Part shown: positions 1 to 10,604 of the stretch, one piece after another | Position numbering within the stretch: position 1 is the stretch's first letter | How the letters are laid out: each line of letters starts with the position of its first letter | DNA from: Chloropicon primus | Lineage: Eukaryota | Length of the DNA: 64,000 nucleotides | Assembly: GCA_023205875.1 (NCBI GenBank) | Contig: CP060756.1 | Coordinates: 744,001-808,000, forward strand | Direction: 5' to 3' | Notes under the pieces: generated by a model | Databases searched by the model: none | What the model was told of the DNA's origin: nothing | What the model saw: only the letters and a program-made list of their open reading frames with translations | Made by a program: the position numbers and the translations under genes

Positions 1-2
1 AC

Positions 3-428
3 CTGCTGCACCTCAAGGCCACGTGCCAGCTGACCGACGACCAGATGAAGGAAGTCATGCGGGAGATTGCTCAGAGGACCTTCAAGAAGTACGGCATTCT
101 GATGACCGAGACGGCTGGCCTGACGGCGGACGCGGTCATGAAGAAGGCGGCGGAGAGGTCCATATTCTCCAAGCTGCTGTACCTCGCGGAGCTGCCGGAG
201 CTGGTCACCCAGGAGGCCGACATCACCAACAACCTTTCTTGGCAAATCCAGGAGATCTTCGGTTCCACGAGCGAGGACACCGAGAAGCTGAGGATCACGA
301 CGCTGAGCGAGCTCGAGGCGGAAGACATGGAGGCACTCTTCGCCCTGGGCGACGCGGACGACGAGGAAGAGGACGTGGAGGAAAGCGGCGAGGAGGCGGC
401 AGAAGTAAGTGAGCGGTCGGAAAGCTGA
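3..428 (+). CDS. 3' end of a conserved green-lineage helical (armadillo-like) protein; partial, runs off the left edge
   Basis: Frame is open from base 3 (LLHLKATCQLTDDQMKEVMREIAQR...FSKLLYLAELPE...EIFGSTSEDTEKLRITTLSE) with strong GC3 bias and an acidic tail. It resembles, from memory, an uncharacterised plant/algal family. Confidence 0.6.
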   Translation: MLHLKATCQLTDDQMKEVMREIAQRTFKKYGILMTETAGLTADAVMKKAAERSIFSKLLYLAELPELVTQEADITNNLSWQIQEIFGSTSEDTEKLRITTLSELEAEDMEALFALGDADDEEEDVEESGEEAAEVSERSES

Positions 429-583
429 AGCTGTTTTGGGGGCGGGCAGCCCGCAGCAATGTGTACATAAATGGGAAGGTTGCGGCAAAAGGGGTGGGTT
501 TCTATGATCCAACCAAGTAATGATCAATAAAATGTGGGTGTGGGTGGGAAATAATGTGCGCGTGCTTCTCCGTGAAAAAGTCC

Positions 584-1792
584 TCAGTCTTCGTCGTCGC
601 TCATCAAAATCGCTTTCCCGCGAGTGGTCGCCCTCTTGTCCTCCTCCTTGTCCTCCTCCTCCGAGGACTCGTCCAAACCCCTCGCAAACTTCTGGCGCTT
701 GATGGTCTGCTCCTCCTCGTCTCCGTCCTTGGCCCTGAGAATTCTCTTCTCTCCCCCCGCGTCTCCCATGTACCTGCCCCTCGAAAGCTCCTCCCTCGCC
801 CTTCTGGTGGCATCCTCGTCCCAGTCTGGTACCTCCTCCTCGTCGCTTCCTTCCAGGTAGCCCGCCGACAACCCTCTTTCCCTGTACCCGCCGTACGAGT
901 CCCTCCCGTCGTACGTGAGCCCATACTTCGCCATCTCCTTCTCCTGCTTCTTCTGCATCTTCTCGAGCTGCTTGATCCTGTCCTCCTCCTCCTTGACCCT
1001 CTTCTCGTACTTGATGTTAGGGTTCTCGGTCACCGTGATCTTCTTGACCGACTCCCTCTTCACCCCTTGCTTCTTGTCTATGCCCTTGGAGGCCAAGACG
1101 TGGGCCTTGCTCCTCACCGACGTGGGCCTGAAGGAGAACTTGCTCGCCAGGTCCACGCAGCCCTCCATCAGCTCGCCCTTCTCGTGCCTGGCAAAAACGA
1201 AGACGTTGTCGCCCGTCACGTCCTGCTGGAGGATATCGAGGTGCTCATCGCCCACCTGGAGGGTCTTGGAGCCGTCGGACCACCGCACGATCCGGGCGTT
1301 CGACTCAACAGCCCCCTCGCCGTTCACCCGCCAGCGGATGACGAACTGCTCCCTGCGGTCGCTCCCGCCCCCCTCGGCCTCGAAGGTCTCCGCCACGAAT
1401 TGCCGCTTCTCTATTCCAACGATGTTGCTCAGCTTGGCGAGCACCTTCTCCCTCTTCTCCCCCCCCAGCAAGGTGTCTATGCCCTCGTCGGCCACCATCT
1501 CCACCTCGATAGGTTCCTCGTCGTCCTCGTCGTCTCCCTCGCTATCGTCCGAGTCCTCCAGGCCCAAGGCCTTCCCCCCCGCCTCTCCCTCCCCTTCCCC
1601 CTTCTTCTCAGCCTCCTCGTCCGAGTCCCCACCAAAGAGGTCATCCATGCCCTCGCCGCCCTCGCCGCCTCCTTCCTCCCCACCCCCCGCCTCCTCGGCC
1701 TCCTTCCCACCCTTTCCTCCCTCTCCATTCGCCTCCCCTCCCGATCCCTCCGAGTCGCTCCCGAAGAGGTCCTCCTCCCTCTCCTTGTCCAT
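584..1792 (-). CDS. LEO1: PAF1 complex subunit Leo1 (VIP4-like)
   Basis: Acidic DLFGSDSE/DLFGGDSD N-terminus and the Leo1 core IRWR...ESNARIVRWSDGSKTLQVGDE. First ATG is at 1792. Confidence 0.9.
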   Translation of the reverse strand: MDKEREEDLFGSDSEGSGGEANGEGGKGGKEAEEAGGGEEGGGEGGEGMDDLFGGDSDEEAEKKGEGEGEAGGKALGLEDSDDSEGDDEDDEEPIEVEMVADEGIDTLLGGEKREKVLAKLSNIVGIEKRQFVAETFEAEGGGSDRREQFVIRWRVNGEGAVESNARIVRWSDGSKTLQVGDEHLDILQQDVTGDNVFVFARHEKGELMEGCVDLASKFSFRPTSVRSKAHVLASKGIDKKQGVKRESVKKITVTENPNIKYEKRVKEEEDRIKQLEKMQKKQEKEMAKYGLTYDGRDSYGGYRERGLSAGYLEGSDEEEVPDWDEDATRRAREELSRGRYMGDAGGEKRILRAKDGDEEEQTIKRQKFARGLDESSEEEDKEEDKRATTRGKAILMSDDED

Positions 1793-2301
1793 CCCTTCTA
1801 AAAACCAATTCCTCCGCCCTCCCTCCGCTTCCTTCACGCCACCAATCGAAACCCCTTTGATATGACCTTCCACTCCACTCGCACCTCCCCCTCGCCCCCT
1901 CGCCCCCTCGCCCCCTCGCCGCCTCGCCCTAACTCCTCGCCCCTCTTCTCCGCTCCGCTCAGTGACTGCGCGCGCGCCAGTTTTTTCTTACAAGGGAGGA
2001 GCGGAGCCAAAGGGCGAAGCGGAACAGAGGACGAGGAAAGAGGAAAGAGGAAGAGGAAGAGGAGGTGGAACAAGGGGAAGGGACGGAGGTCCGTGGATAG
2101 GGAACTGCATCTCAAGGGCTTTCGATATCTGGACACACGGCATTGCATTGCATTGTTTCGTTTCACTGGGCGAGGGGTGCGGTTGTGTGGAGTGACGGAC
2201 GGACTGGGAGGGAGCGAGCGTGGGGGGGGGAGGACCGTGGTGGTGTTCTTGTCGAGGCAGAGGGGGGGGCAGTGTTGCTGAGCGAGGGAGGCCGAGGCAA
2301 G

Positions 2302-4890
2302 ATGGCGATGAACCACTCTTCCAACTGCGACGCCGGTGCGGGCGGCAGGAAGCGTGGGATGGGAGGAGGGGTGGGGGCGGAGGAGGAGGGAGGAGAGCAA
2401 ACGAACGCGTGGAAGAGGCAGGCCCAATCTGTCGTGGACCACGACAACCAGAACCAGAACAACAGCAGCTATCAGCAGCACTTTGGCTCGACGAATAAGG
2501 CGGGATCGCCCCGCCCAGGGTTTCCCTCGGACAGGGCTCAAGAGTTTGCGTCTATTCAGGTGCAGGACGTGGTGCGGTACCCCCTCCCCGGGTGCGATCA
2601 GCCCACGGACTTCTCGTTCTCTCCCGGCGGCTCGGTTCTCTGCACGCTTTACTCCGAGGTCGGGACGCTCCAGCGGTCCCTGCACGTGTGCAAGATCAAC
2701 ACGGACTGCCCGATGGAGGGGGACGAGCTGCCTCAGGCGGACTTTCAGGTCATGATTGAGCCCCCGAGCGGCAGCGGCGTGGACGAGAAGCACCTCTCGC
2801 TGGAAGAGAAGCTGAGGAGGGAGAGGCGGAGGGAGAGGGGCTTGGGAATCACGAGGTACTTCTGGTCCAAGTCAAGCGCTCCCCCGATCGCGGCAGGGGG
2901 GTACCAGGCGGGGGGTGCACCGTGCCCGTTCGTCATGATACCTCTCCCGGACGGAGTACACATCCAGTCCGTCGCACTTCAGGGGAAGGCGGCAAGTGGG
3001 GGCTCTTGGAGTGTGGAGTCTGAGCTGAGGAAGGTCATCCCTGCGACCGCGGAGAAGCCTGTGCTGGAGCCAACGATATCCCCGGACGGGCAGAAGATCT
3101 CCTACGTTTGCAACGGGAACCTTTACTGCTATTGGATCGGGAAGGACGCCACGGTGCAGCTGACGACGGATGCCAAGAAGGGGGTGGTGAATGGGCTGGC
3201 AGAGTACGTCGCCCAGGAGGAGATGGACAGAAGGACGGGGCACTGGTGGAGCCCAGACTCCTTGAGGATTGCCTTCACCCAGGTGGATACGACACACATG
3301 CCTTCGTACAGGATCAAGCACCTCAGCTCCGAGGACAGCAACGGCATGGAGGAGGAGCACGAGTACCCTTTCGTTGGCAAGGATAATGCCAAGGTCAGGC
3401 TCGGAGTCATCCCGGTGGAGGAGCCAACGAAGAGGTTTTGGACGGATGTCCAGGCGGGTGGCGAGGGCACCAAGACCTTTGAAGAGTACATTCCTCGGGT
3501 GGGATGGTTCCCCGACGGCAGGCTTTACGCCCAGCTCCAGGACAGGAAGCAGCAGACGTTGCAGCTGGCGCACTTCGATCAAGAGACCGGCAAGAGAACG
3601 GTCTTGGTGGAGGAGAAGACGAATGTGTGGCACAACCTGAACAACTGCTTCAGGCCCCTGTGCCAGTCGTCCCCAGAAGATCCCAATCTCAGAGGGGGAT
3701 TCATTTGGGCTTCGGAGAGGGACGGCTTCATGCACCTGTACCTTTACTCGAGCAGCGGAGCGTGCTTGGGCCAGTTGACCTCCGGCGAGTGGATGGTCGA
3801 TTCCTTCGAAGGCGTGGACGAGGTCGGGGGCTTGGTGTACTTCACCGGAACAGCAGATAGTGAGCTCGAGCGCCACTTGTATTGCGTTCCTCTGTCGAAC
3901 TACACCAAGGCGGAGAAAGAGCAGCGGAGGGTGACAGCTCTACCCGGAATGCACCACGTCGTGCTGGACCCCACCTTCCGCCACTTTGTGGACATCCATG
4001 ACTCGCCAAACAACCCTCCTCAGATCAACTTTTGCAGCCTGCGGGACGGAAAGGTGGTCTGCGTCATCCACAAGAGCAAGATCTTGCCCTCGGACGACCG
4101 CTTGCAGAGGCTGTCGGCCCAGCCCCCAGAGCTGGTCACGATTCCTTCGAAGGATGGGACCATGCTCCACGGCGCGGTTTACCGCCCCGACCCGGAGGTT
4201 TACGGTCCCGGGCCTTACAAAACTCTGTTGAGCGTGTATGGCGGGCCGCACGTTCAAGTGGTGTCGAAGAGCTGGATCCTTACAGTTGACATGAGGGCCC
4301 AGCTTTTCAGGGCGAAGGGGTACCTTGTGTTCAAGCTCGACAACAGGGGAAGCGCGCGGCGCGGCCTGCACTTTGAGGGGTCGATTCAGCACAAGATGGG
4401 AGACCTCGAGATCGACGACCAGGTTTGTGGGGTGAAGTGGCTCGAGGAGCGAAGGCTGGCAGATCCAAAGAGGGTTGGAATTTATGGCTGGAGCTATGGC
4501 GGCTACATGAGTGCGATGGCTCTGGCGAAGGCCCCGGAAGTGTTCAAGGCAGCGGTGGCGGGAGCTCCTGTCACGTCGTGGGACGGGTACGACACGCACT
4601 ACACGGAGAGGTACATGGGGCTCTACGAGGAGAACAAGGAGTGCTATGTCAACGACAGTTCGGTGATCTTCAATGCTCCCAGGATAAGGGGAAAGCTGTT
4701 CTTGATTCACGGAATGATCGACGAGAACGTGCATTTCAGGCACACTGTCAGGCTCATCAAGGCGCTGAACAGCGCCTCCATCGAGTACGACCTCCTCCTC
4801 TTCCCAAGCGAGAGGCACATGCCGAGGGGTCTTCAGGACAGGATCTATATGGAGAAGAGGATCGCGTCATTCTTCGACCAGAACCTGTGA
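2302..4890 (+). CDS. Dipeptidyl peptidase IV/8/9 family serine peptidase (S9B)
   Basis: AQEEM glutamate motif, beta-propeller region, VYGGP, GWSYGG nucleophile, DENVH Asp and ERH His. No intron needed. Confidence 0.93.
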   Translation: MAMNHSSNCDAGAGGRKRGMGGGVGAEEEGGEQTNAWKRQAQSVVDHDNQNQNNSSYQQHFGSTNKAGSPRPGFPSDRAQEFASIQVQDVVRYPLPGCDQPTDFSFSPGGSVLCTLYSEVGTLQRSLHVCKINTDCPMEGDELPQADFQVMIEPPSGSGVDEKHLSLEEKLRRERRRERGLGITRYFWSKSSAPPIAAGGYQAGGAPCPFVMIPLPDGVHIQSVALQGKAASGGSWSVESELRKVIPATAEKPVLEPTISPDGQKISYVCNGNLYCYWIGKDATVQLTTDAKKGVVNGLAEYVAQEEMDRRTGHWWSPDSLRIAFTQVDTTHMPSYRIKHLSSEDSNGMEEEHEYPFVGKDNAKVRLGVIPVEEPTKRFWTDVQAGGEGTKTFEEYIPRVGWFPDGRLYAQLQDRKQQTLQLAHFDQETGKRTVLVEEKTNVWHNLNNCFRPLCQSSPEDPNLRGGFIWASERDGFMHLYLYSSSGACLGQLTSGEWMVDSFEGVDEVGGLVYFTGTADSELERHLYCVPLSNYTKAEKEQRRVTALPGMHHVVLDPTFRHFVDIHDSPNNPPQINFCSLRDGKVVCVIHKSKILPSDDRLQRLSAQPPELVTIPSKDGTMLHGAVYRPDPEVYGPGPYKTLLSVYGGPHVQVVSKSWILTVDMRAQLFRAKGYLVFKLDNRGSARRGLHFEGSIQHKMGDLEIDDQVCGVKWLEERRLADPKRVGIYGWSYGGYMSAMALAKAPEVFKAAVAGAPVTSWDGYDTHYTERYMGLYEENKECYVNDSSVIFNAPRIRGKLFLIHGMIDENVHFRHTVRLIKALNSASIEYDLLLFPSERHMPRGLQDRIYMEKRIASFFDQNL

Positions 4891-4912
4891 AAGCAATCGA
4901 AAGAGTCCTTCT

Positions 4913-4917
4913 TGTAA
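4913..4917 (+). terminator. TGTAA chlorophyte-type polyadenylation signal (representative copy)
   Basis: TGTAA lies 20-55 nt after several stop codons: 4913, 26312, 44202 and 63856 on plus; 20941-20937 and 6187-6183 on minus. Confidence 0.6.
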
Positions 4918-4954
4918 TCAACGCATTGTTTCAAATGGAAAAAGAAAAAAGTTT

Positions 4955-5996
4955 TTACTTTGTGAGCCGACTCACTCGGTCCTTGAGAAAGGTCACTTGC
5001 TCTTGCGCCACCTTGTTGCTTGGGTCAATTTTTATGGACATGTTGTAGGCCTCCAAGGAGTTCTCATAGTCCTTGGTCTTCTTGTAAGCGTCCCCTAAGT
5101 TGTTCCACGCCACCAGGTAGTTTGGCCTCAGATCTATGGCCCCCTTGTACTCCTCTATGGCGCTCTCGAGCTTGTCCTGCTGAAGGTAGGCGTACCCCAT
5201 GGCGTTGTACAACTGCGCCAGGCCTTCCTCGTCCCCTTCCCACTGCCTCTTCGCGCTGTCCAAATGTTTCAGGGCGGTCGCAAAGAGCTTCTTCCGGATC
5301 AGGAGGACCCCCAGCTCGTAGTACTCGTCATAGGTAGCGTCGCCTGTCCTCGCCTTTTCCGAGAGGTCCTTCGTCGCCTCCTCCAGCTGCGTCCTGAACA
5401 GAACCTGCCTCACCACCAGGAACACCGCCCCCGAGAGAAGGCCCAGGAGGGCACCCACGTACACCAGCTGGATGGAGCTCGAGGCGTCCACGGAGCTCAG
5501 GATGCCTGCGAGCTCCCCGATCTCATTCTCTGTTGTTTTCGTCGCATTGCCGTCGCACAGGCACGGACACGGACACGGACACGGGCGCGCGAAAGAGCGA
5601 GAGGAAACGAGTGGTCAGCAGAAAGGCGCGAGAGCCAGAACCAGGAGCGGTGAAGGGAAGGGCAAAAGAAAGGGCCCCCTTTCACCCGGGGGGGGGGGAG
5701 GACCCGCGCGCGATATCCTGGGCACGCCTCGATCCAATCGCTCGCTCGTCCCTCTTCGCCTCACCTGTCACCTCCAAGGCGTTCCTCCTCACCCGTCTGC
5801 GATCCACATCACCTCGTGGCTTCTTTCCTCCGAGGAGAACCGCGTGAGACGACTCCCTACGCCGCCTCGGGCTTGCCTTGGCAGCTTCCAACGGCCGCCC
5901 TCTCGTGGCCGCCTCCGTCCTTGCCCGCCCGCACCGCGGGAGCGCTCTCCCTCTGGACCGACCAGTCACCGCACTCTTTGAGGAGGGCGACGCCAT
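4955..5996 (-). CDS. PYG7: Thylakoid TPR protein PYG7/CGL71/Ycf37 (PSI assembly); exons 5996-5765 and 5529-4955
   Basis: Arg/Ser-rich transit peptide, one TM helix (LVYVGALLGLLSGAVFLVVRQVL) and three TPRs. A phase-1 GTGAG...CAG intron at 5764-5530 with a CTGAC branch site joins the frames exactly (268 aa). Confidence 0.85.
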
Positions 5997-6056
5997 CGTT
6001 CTGCATTATCTGAAAAAAATAAGCGTCGAGATCTCTCAGAGGGGCACGATGTGCAA

Positions 6057-6100
6057 GGTTGGTTGGTTGGTTGGTTGGTTGGTTGGTAGGTTGGTTGGTA
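6057..6100. repeat. (GGTT)n microsatellite
   Basis: About 11 tandem GGTT/GGTA units read directly. Confidence 0.9.
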
Positions 6101-6238
6101 GTCTAGTATTACAACGGCCCTGGCTGGTTTGCGTGCTGGGCTCTAGCGGTCCAGATCTCTATAATGATCATGTCATTGTGTTTTACAGAGGTTGTGATGT
6201 TGTGTTGGTTGGGAGGCAAAGGCAGTGGAGTCCCTACT

Positions 6239-7861
6239 TTACCAGACCCACTTTGTCGGCCGTCCCGTGATCGTTGGGGCCGTCACACCAACGCAAGCGG
6301 TTGGGCCATTGAAGGCCTTCTGGATGCTGTTCGCAGCCTTCTTCAAGCTCTCCTTCTGCCAAGTCAACTGAGCCTTGGTGTCCCTGAACAGCTCCTTGTT
6401 CGTCGACTTCCAACACACCAAGTCGGTTATGCCCTTGTTGCCGAGGGGGACGAGGGAGATGTGCCGGGCCTTCTTGCTCTCCGCGACCATTCTAGCGGCG
6501 ATCTTGTTCTGCTTCCTGTTCTCCTCCTCTGACCGAGCCATGTAAGACATCCGGTTCGTCGTTTGGCCCTTGCCCAAGCCGCTCTTCTCCCTCTGGCTCT
6601 TCGTTTTCATGAAGGAGGCCGGGACCAGGAACTTCTTCTGGGCCCTGGTCTTCTGGGCCTTGGCGTTGTCGTTCACGCTGCCAAAGGGGCACGTGAAATC
6701 CGAAATGTAATCGTGGCCCTTGGCGCTCTGGTGCCCCGCCGCGGTCGCGGACTTGCACATCTCCTTGTAAGCCGACTCGTTGGTCGTCGTTGGCGCGGAC
6801 GACCAAGCGATGGGCACGCTGCTCTTGTACAGCTCCTTCTTCTTGTCCCCCTTGTCCTTGAACGTCTTCCTGGCCGGGACATTCTCCTTGCCGAAAAGGT
6901 CCTCGTCGAACGAGGGAGGGTCCTTCTTCTTCGCGTCCTCCGCTGAAGCCATCTTCGTCTTCGATCGCACGGGGGCCGAGAGGGGCCTCTGCTTGGTCCT
7001 CGTCTTCTTTGCCTTGTCCAGGTTGTAGGTCCTCGGCTTGGCAGAGCTTGGCCTGAACCTCGTGTGGTCGGCCTTGGTAGTCGAGTTGTATTGCCTGGCC
7101 GGCTGGATGACGGTGTGCAAGTTCGCGAAGAGGTCAAGCAGCTTCCTCTTGTCCTCGGGAGCGGCCGTGCTCATCCACTCGTCCACCTCTTCCGCGACCT
7201 CGGGGTTGAGGATGTCGTTGTAGTAGAGCTGCTGCCTCTTGATCCAGCTGAAGAACTCCTTGCTGTTCTTCGTGGACTGGTCAGGCTTTGGCCCGTGGAC
7301 CTCCTCGTTGTAGACCTGGTACTGGGACTTGTAGTACTTGCCGAACCAGTCCCCTTTGCCCCCCTTGCTGCTGAGGGCGTCGCCCCACTGGGAACGGAAA
7401 GTCAGGTTTTCTGTGGGCTCTGGCCTCGCCCAAGACAAGACCTCTTGGAAGTTCTCCCCCTCGACGGCGCCTTGGAAGACAGCGTTCGTTGTGATGAACA
7501 GCGCGTCCTTCTGGCTCTTCTTCGAAGACTTGGGCACCGCGTCAGGAACAACCTTCTTCCTCGCGGAGGCGTCCTTGAGCGACTGGCCGGACACCTCGAG
7601 GTTCAAGCCGCCAAGCTTCTCGGGCTCTATCTTGAGGCCGCCGTCCAGCCCGCTCAACCTCCTGGACCTCTCGTTGAACATCTTCATGGTCGCGGACGGC
7701 TCCACCCTCTTGAAGTTCTTCACGCCGACTGCCTTGGCAAGCAGCTGGTTCTGGTGAGCCGGGGCAGTCTTGAGCCATTTTCCTATCAGCTTGGCAACGG
7801 ATTTGTTCTTCCAGACGTCGTCTGGGTTTCGTGGCAGTCCTCCTGTTTCCGTCGTCGTCAT
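6239..7861 (-). CDS. Hypothetical Lys-rich protein, 540 aa; possible axonemal microtubule-inner protein
   Basis: Long ORF with host-like codon bias and TGTAA signals downstream (6187-6183, 6113-6109). No family recognised. Confidence 0.7.
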   Translation of the reverse strand: MTTTETGGLPRNPDDVWKNKSVAKLIGKWLKTAPAHQNQLLAKAVGVKNFKRVEPSATMKMFNERSRRLSGLDGGLKIEPEKLGGLNLEVSGQSLKDASARKKVVPDAVPKSSKKSQKDALFITTNAVFQGAVEGENFQEVLSWARPEPTENLTFRSQWGDALSSKGGKGDWFGKYYKSQYQVYNEEVHGPKPDQSTKNSKEFFSWIKRQQLYYNDILNPEVAEEVDEWMSTAAPEDKRKLLDLFANLHTVIQPARQYNSTTKADHTRFRPSSAKPRTYNLDKAKKTRTKQRPLSAPVRSKTKMASAEDAKKKDPPSFDEDLFGKENVPARKTFKDKGDKKKELYKSSVPIAWSSAPTTTNESAYKEMCKSATAAGHQSAKGHDYISDFTCPFGSVNDNAKAQKTRAQKKFLVPASFMKTKSQREKSGLGKGQTTNRMSYMARSEEENRKQNKIAARMVAESKKARHISLVPLGNKGITDLVCWKSTNKELFRDTKAQLTWQKESLKKAANSIQKAFNGPTACVGVTAPTITGRPTKWVW

Positions 7862-8365
7862 CGTTATCTTTGCTTTGCTTTGCTTTCTCTCTGTGGGTCC
7901 CCCTCGCGTCTCTCGGCCGGTCCTTTCCTTGTTACTCAGAAACGTGCGTGTGCCTCGCTATATCTGCAGCAAAGGAGCAAGCTTTCGTGTCAGTCTTCCT
8001 CGCAGTCCCAGAACAAATAAAAAGCGTTTTCACCTCCTGCGGAGTTTCCTCCCCTCGACCGTGGCGGGGATCTCGAGACCGAGGGGGAATTGAACCTCCC
8101 TCTTGCTCTCTTGCTCCCCCCCCGTCGACCTCGTCCCCCCTCCTCCTCCACTACTGGACCTTGTCCCCCTCCTCATCCTCATCCAACCTTACCTCTGGTA
8201 CCATCTGGTTCCGCGTTACCGTCGTACAAACCGCAGGCGCACAACCACGTGCGATCCCTCACCTTCGCCGCTCCCTCCTCCTGGTATCCCTCGTCCTCGT
8301 CCTCGTCCTCGTTCGCCTTGGCGGTTGGCCTTGTGTTCCTTCTTCCCCTGCGAGGAGGACAATGT

Positions 8366-8430
8366 AGCCGTTTTCTCTGCACCTGGCCGAAATTGGCCGA
8401 AATTTTCGGCCAGGTGCAGAGAAAGGGGCT
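8366..8430. repeat. Perfect 21-bp inverted repeat (hairpin/cruciform) with an 11-nt loop
   Basis: TTTCTCTGCACCTGGCCGAAA (8372-8392) pairs with TTTCGGCCAGGTGCAGAGAAA (8404-8424); the outer AGCC/GGCT extends the stem. Confidence 0.9.
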
Positions 8431-8732
8431 TAGAAGGGAAAAGAAAGGGGGAGGGGAGGATCTTGGTCTTGGGAAGGGAGGAGGAAGGAGACCCAAGAAT
8501 CAAGGTAACCGTTGTGGTCGAGGGAGGGTGTAAAGGGAAGGGGGAAGGTGTAAAGAAGGGAAGAGTGTTTCGGCTGCTCGCTCTTGGGATCAAGAAGAGA
8601 TGGGATCAGCTCTCTCTCTCTTGGGATCCTCCCGAGGTGAGGTGGTGCCATAAAAAGTGCAATGAGAATTCATTCATGTGTGTGTGGGTAATTATAAATA
8701 CAGGGATTTTAGTTTAGCGCGTGCGTGTCTTG

Positions 8733-10223
8733 TCACGAGTTTCCAGTATGATGATGATCTTCCTCGCCATCACCACTCTCACTCTCACTTTCACTTTCGT
8801 AGACCCCGAAAGAGGAGGAGGAAGACGAATCGTCGTCCCGAGGCACGTCCCGGTTGGCCGCGCCGGGCTTGTAGTGCAGCATGCTGAGCTGGTCTTGCGA
8901 CCACCGCGGCGGGGAATTCGGTCCTGGCCTCCCTGTGCCCGAGTCCTCCCTCGGCCTGGCGCTGTCTGAGCCGGTTCTCTCGGGGCTCCGCCACATCCAG
9001 GACGGCTTCTCCCCCCTCGGCTGATCCGGACCCCTGTCCTGGTCAACCACCTTGACGATTCTGCTGGGCTTCCTGCGGCCGCTCACTTTTTTCTCCTCGG
9101 CCTTGGGCGCATCTTTGGGCGCGAGAAGGAGCTCCTCGACCTGTATCTTCTTCTGCTTCTCGATCAACTGGAGCTCTTTCGGAGTCGTCCTCTGGTTGTC
9201 GAGGACGATGTCATCCGACGGGAAGAATGACAGCACCTTCGTCCTGTACCCCGAGGCGTACGATATTGGGTTCTCCGCCAGCCAGAGCGACTCCAGGTAA
9301 GGGAGAGAGCCGAGCCGGGAGACTTCAGAAAATTTGCTGATGAGGTTGCCCGAAAGGTCCAGGACCTCCAGGCTGTAGAGCTTATCTATGCCCTCCGTGG
9401 AAGTCAAGGAGTTGCACTTGAGCCTGAGCTGCGTCAGGTTGCCGCACCTCTCGTTCAGGCGGTCCGTGGACGATATCCTGTTGTAGGACAAGTCCAGGGA
9501 CATGAGGTTCACGCAGTTGTGCAAGTTCTCCATGGTTTTGAAGGAGTTTCCCGCCATGTCCAGGCTCTTCACGCAAGTCAGCAGAGTCAGGGAGCTGTCC
9601 ATTCTCGTGAAGCTGTTGTGTATGCACCGCACGGTCTCCAGCTTCTGCCATTCCCTCGGGACTTGGTCGGTGCTTCCCTCCTCCGCCTCGCTTCCGCAGG
9701 GCGAGAAGATGTGCCTCAGGTCCTCCGCCGAGTTGGAGACGACCAGGTTCTCGAGCCTGGGTCGAAGCTCCACGAGGCCCGCGACCGGGTGACTGGACAG
9801 GTCGCACTTGTATATCTCCAGAGACGTGAGGAAGCGAAACCGGGTCAAATCAATGGGTGTTGGGTCTCTCCTCGCCTTGCTCAGCGAGGCAAGCTTGAGC
9901 TTGGAGAGCCTAACGAGGACGCTCTGGATCCTCTCCAGACGCTGGTGGTCGTTGATGTCGGCCACGTAGGCCCTTATGTACTCCAACGAGTTCTGCTCCG
10001 ATGAGTTCAAATCGCTCAGCGAGTCCAGGGTACCCAACCTGCTGTTCAGGAGCTCGAGACCCCTCGGGTGCAGCTTCAGGGTTCTCTTCGCACCGTACAA
10101 GTCCGCCGCGTTCGCCTCCAGGAAAGCCTCCAACTCTTGCAGGTATCTCTCAGGCGTCCAATCCTCCTCCTCCTCCTCCTCCTTCCTCAGAACCTCGCTC
10201 GGACCCGGAGGCGATCCTCCCAT
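8733..10223 (-). CDS. Leucine-rich repeat protein, STK11IP/nischarin-like
   Basis: N-terminal LKLHPRGL...LEYIRAYVAD...RDPTPIDL block like plant STK11IP-like proteins, SDS22-type LRRs and the LRR cap LWLAENPI...YR. Confidence 0.8.
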   Translation of the reverse strand: MGGSPPGPSEVLRKEEEEEEDWTPERYLQELEAFLEANAADLYGAKRTLKLHPRGLELLNSRLGTLDSLSDLNSSEQNSLEYIRAYVADINDHQRLERIQSVLVRLSKLKLASLSKARRDPTPIDLTRFRFLTSLEIYKCDLSSHPVAGLVELRPRLENLVVSNSAEDLRHIFSPCGSEAEEGSTDQVPREWQKLETVRCIHNSFTRMDSSLTLLTCVKSLDMAGNSFKTMENLHNCVNLMSLDLSYNRISSTDRLNERCGNLTQLRLKCNSLTSTEGIDKLYSLEVLDLSGNLISKFSEVSRLGSLPYLESLWLAENPISYASGYRTKVLSFFPSDDIVLDNQRTTPKELQLIEKQKKIQVEELLLAPKDAPKAEEKKVSGRRKPSRIVKVVDQDRGPDQPRGEKPSWMWRSPERTGSDSARPREDSGTGRPGPNSPPRWSQDQLSMLHYKPGAANRDVPRDDDSSSSSSFGVYESESESESGDGEEDHHHTGNS

Positions 10224-10230
10224 CGCGCGC

Positions 10231-10261
<31 letters not shown>

Positions 10262-10604
10262 CAATCCACTCGCGACCGAACTATCCAGTCAATCCGAGGA
10301 CCGAATCCCTCGACAAGCACATGAATCTCGAGATCGATCGTGAGACGACGCTCTTTACGATTCTCCACCTCAACACCTTCCCCTCCCCTCTCCTCTCCGC
10401 CCTTGTCCCGAACAACGAAAGGTAAAGGTGCCCCCTCCCTCTCCTCTCTCCTCCCTCTCCTCGAGAATTTCGTTCAAGCTGGTGCTGAGTTTTTAGTTTT
10501 TGGCCAACGAGACTGGAGTCCAAAGGCGAGTCAAGGTTGGTGAGGTTGTGGTTGTGGTGCGGACGGAGAGAGAGAGAGAAGGTTTGGGTTTGGGTTTTTG
10601 CACG

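Noticed and set aside
7862..8732. Several 100-200 aa ORFs in the intergenic gap
   Set aside because: Low-complexity translations, no codon bias and mostly non-ATG starts.
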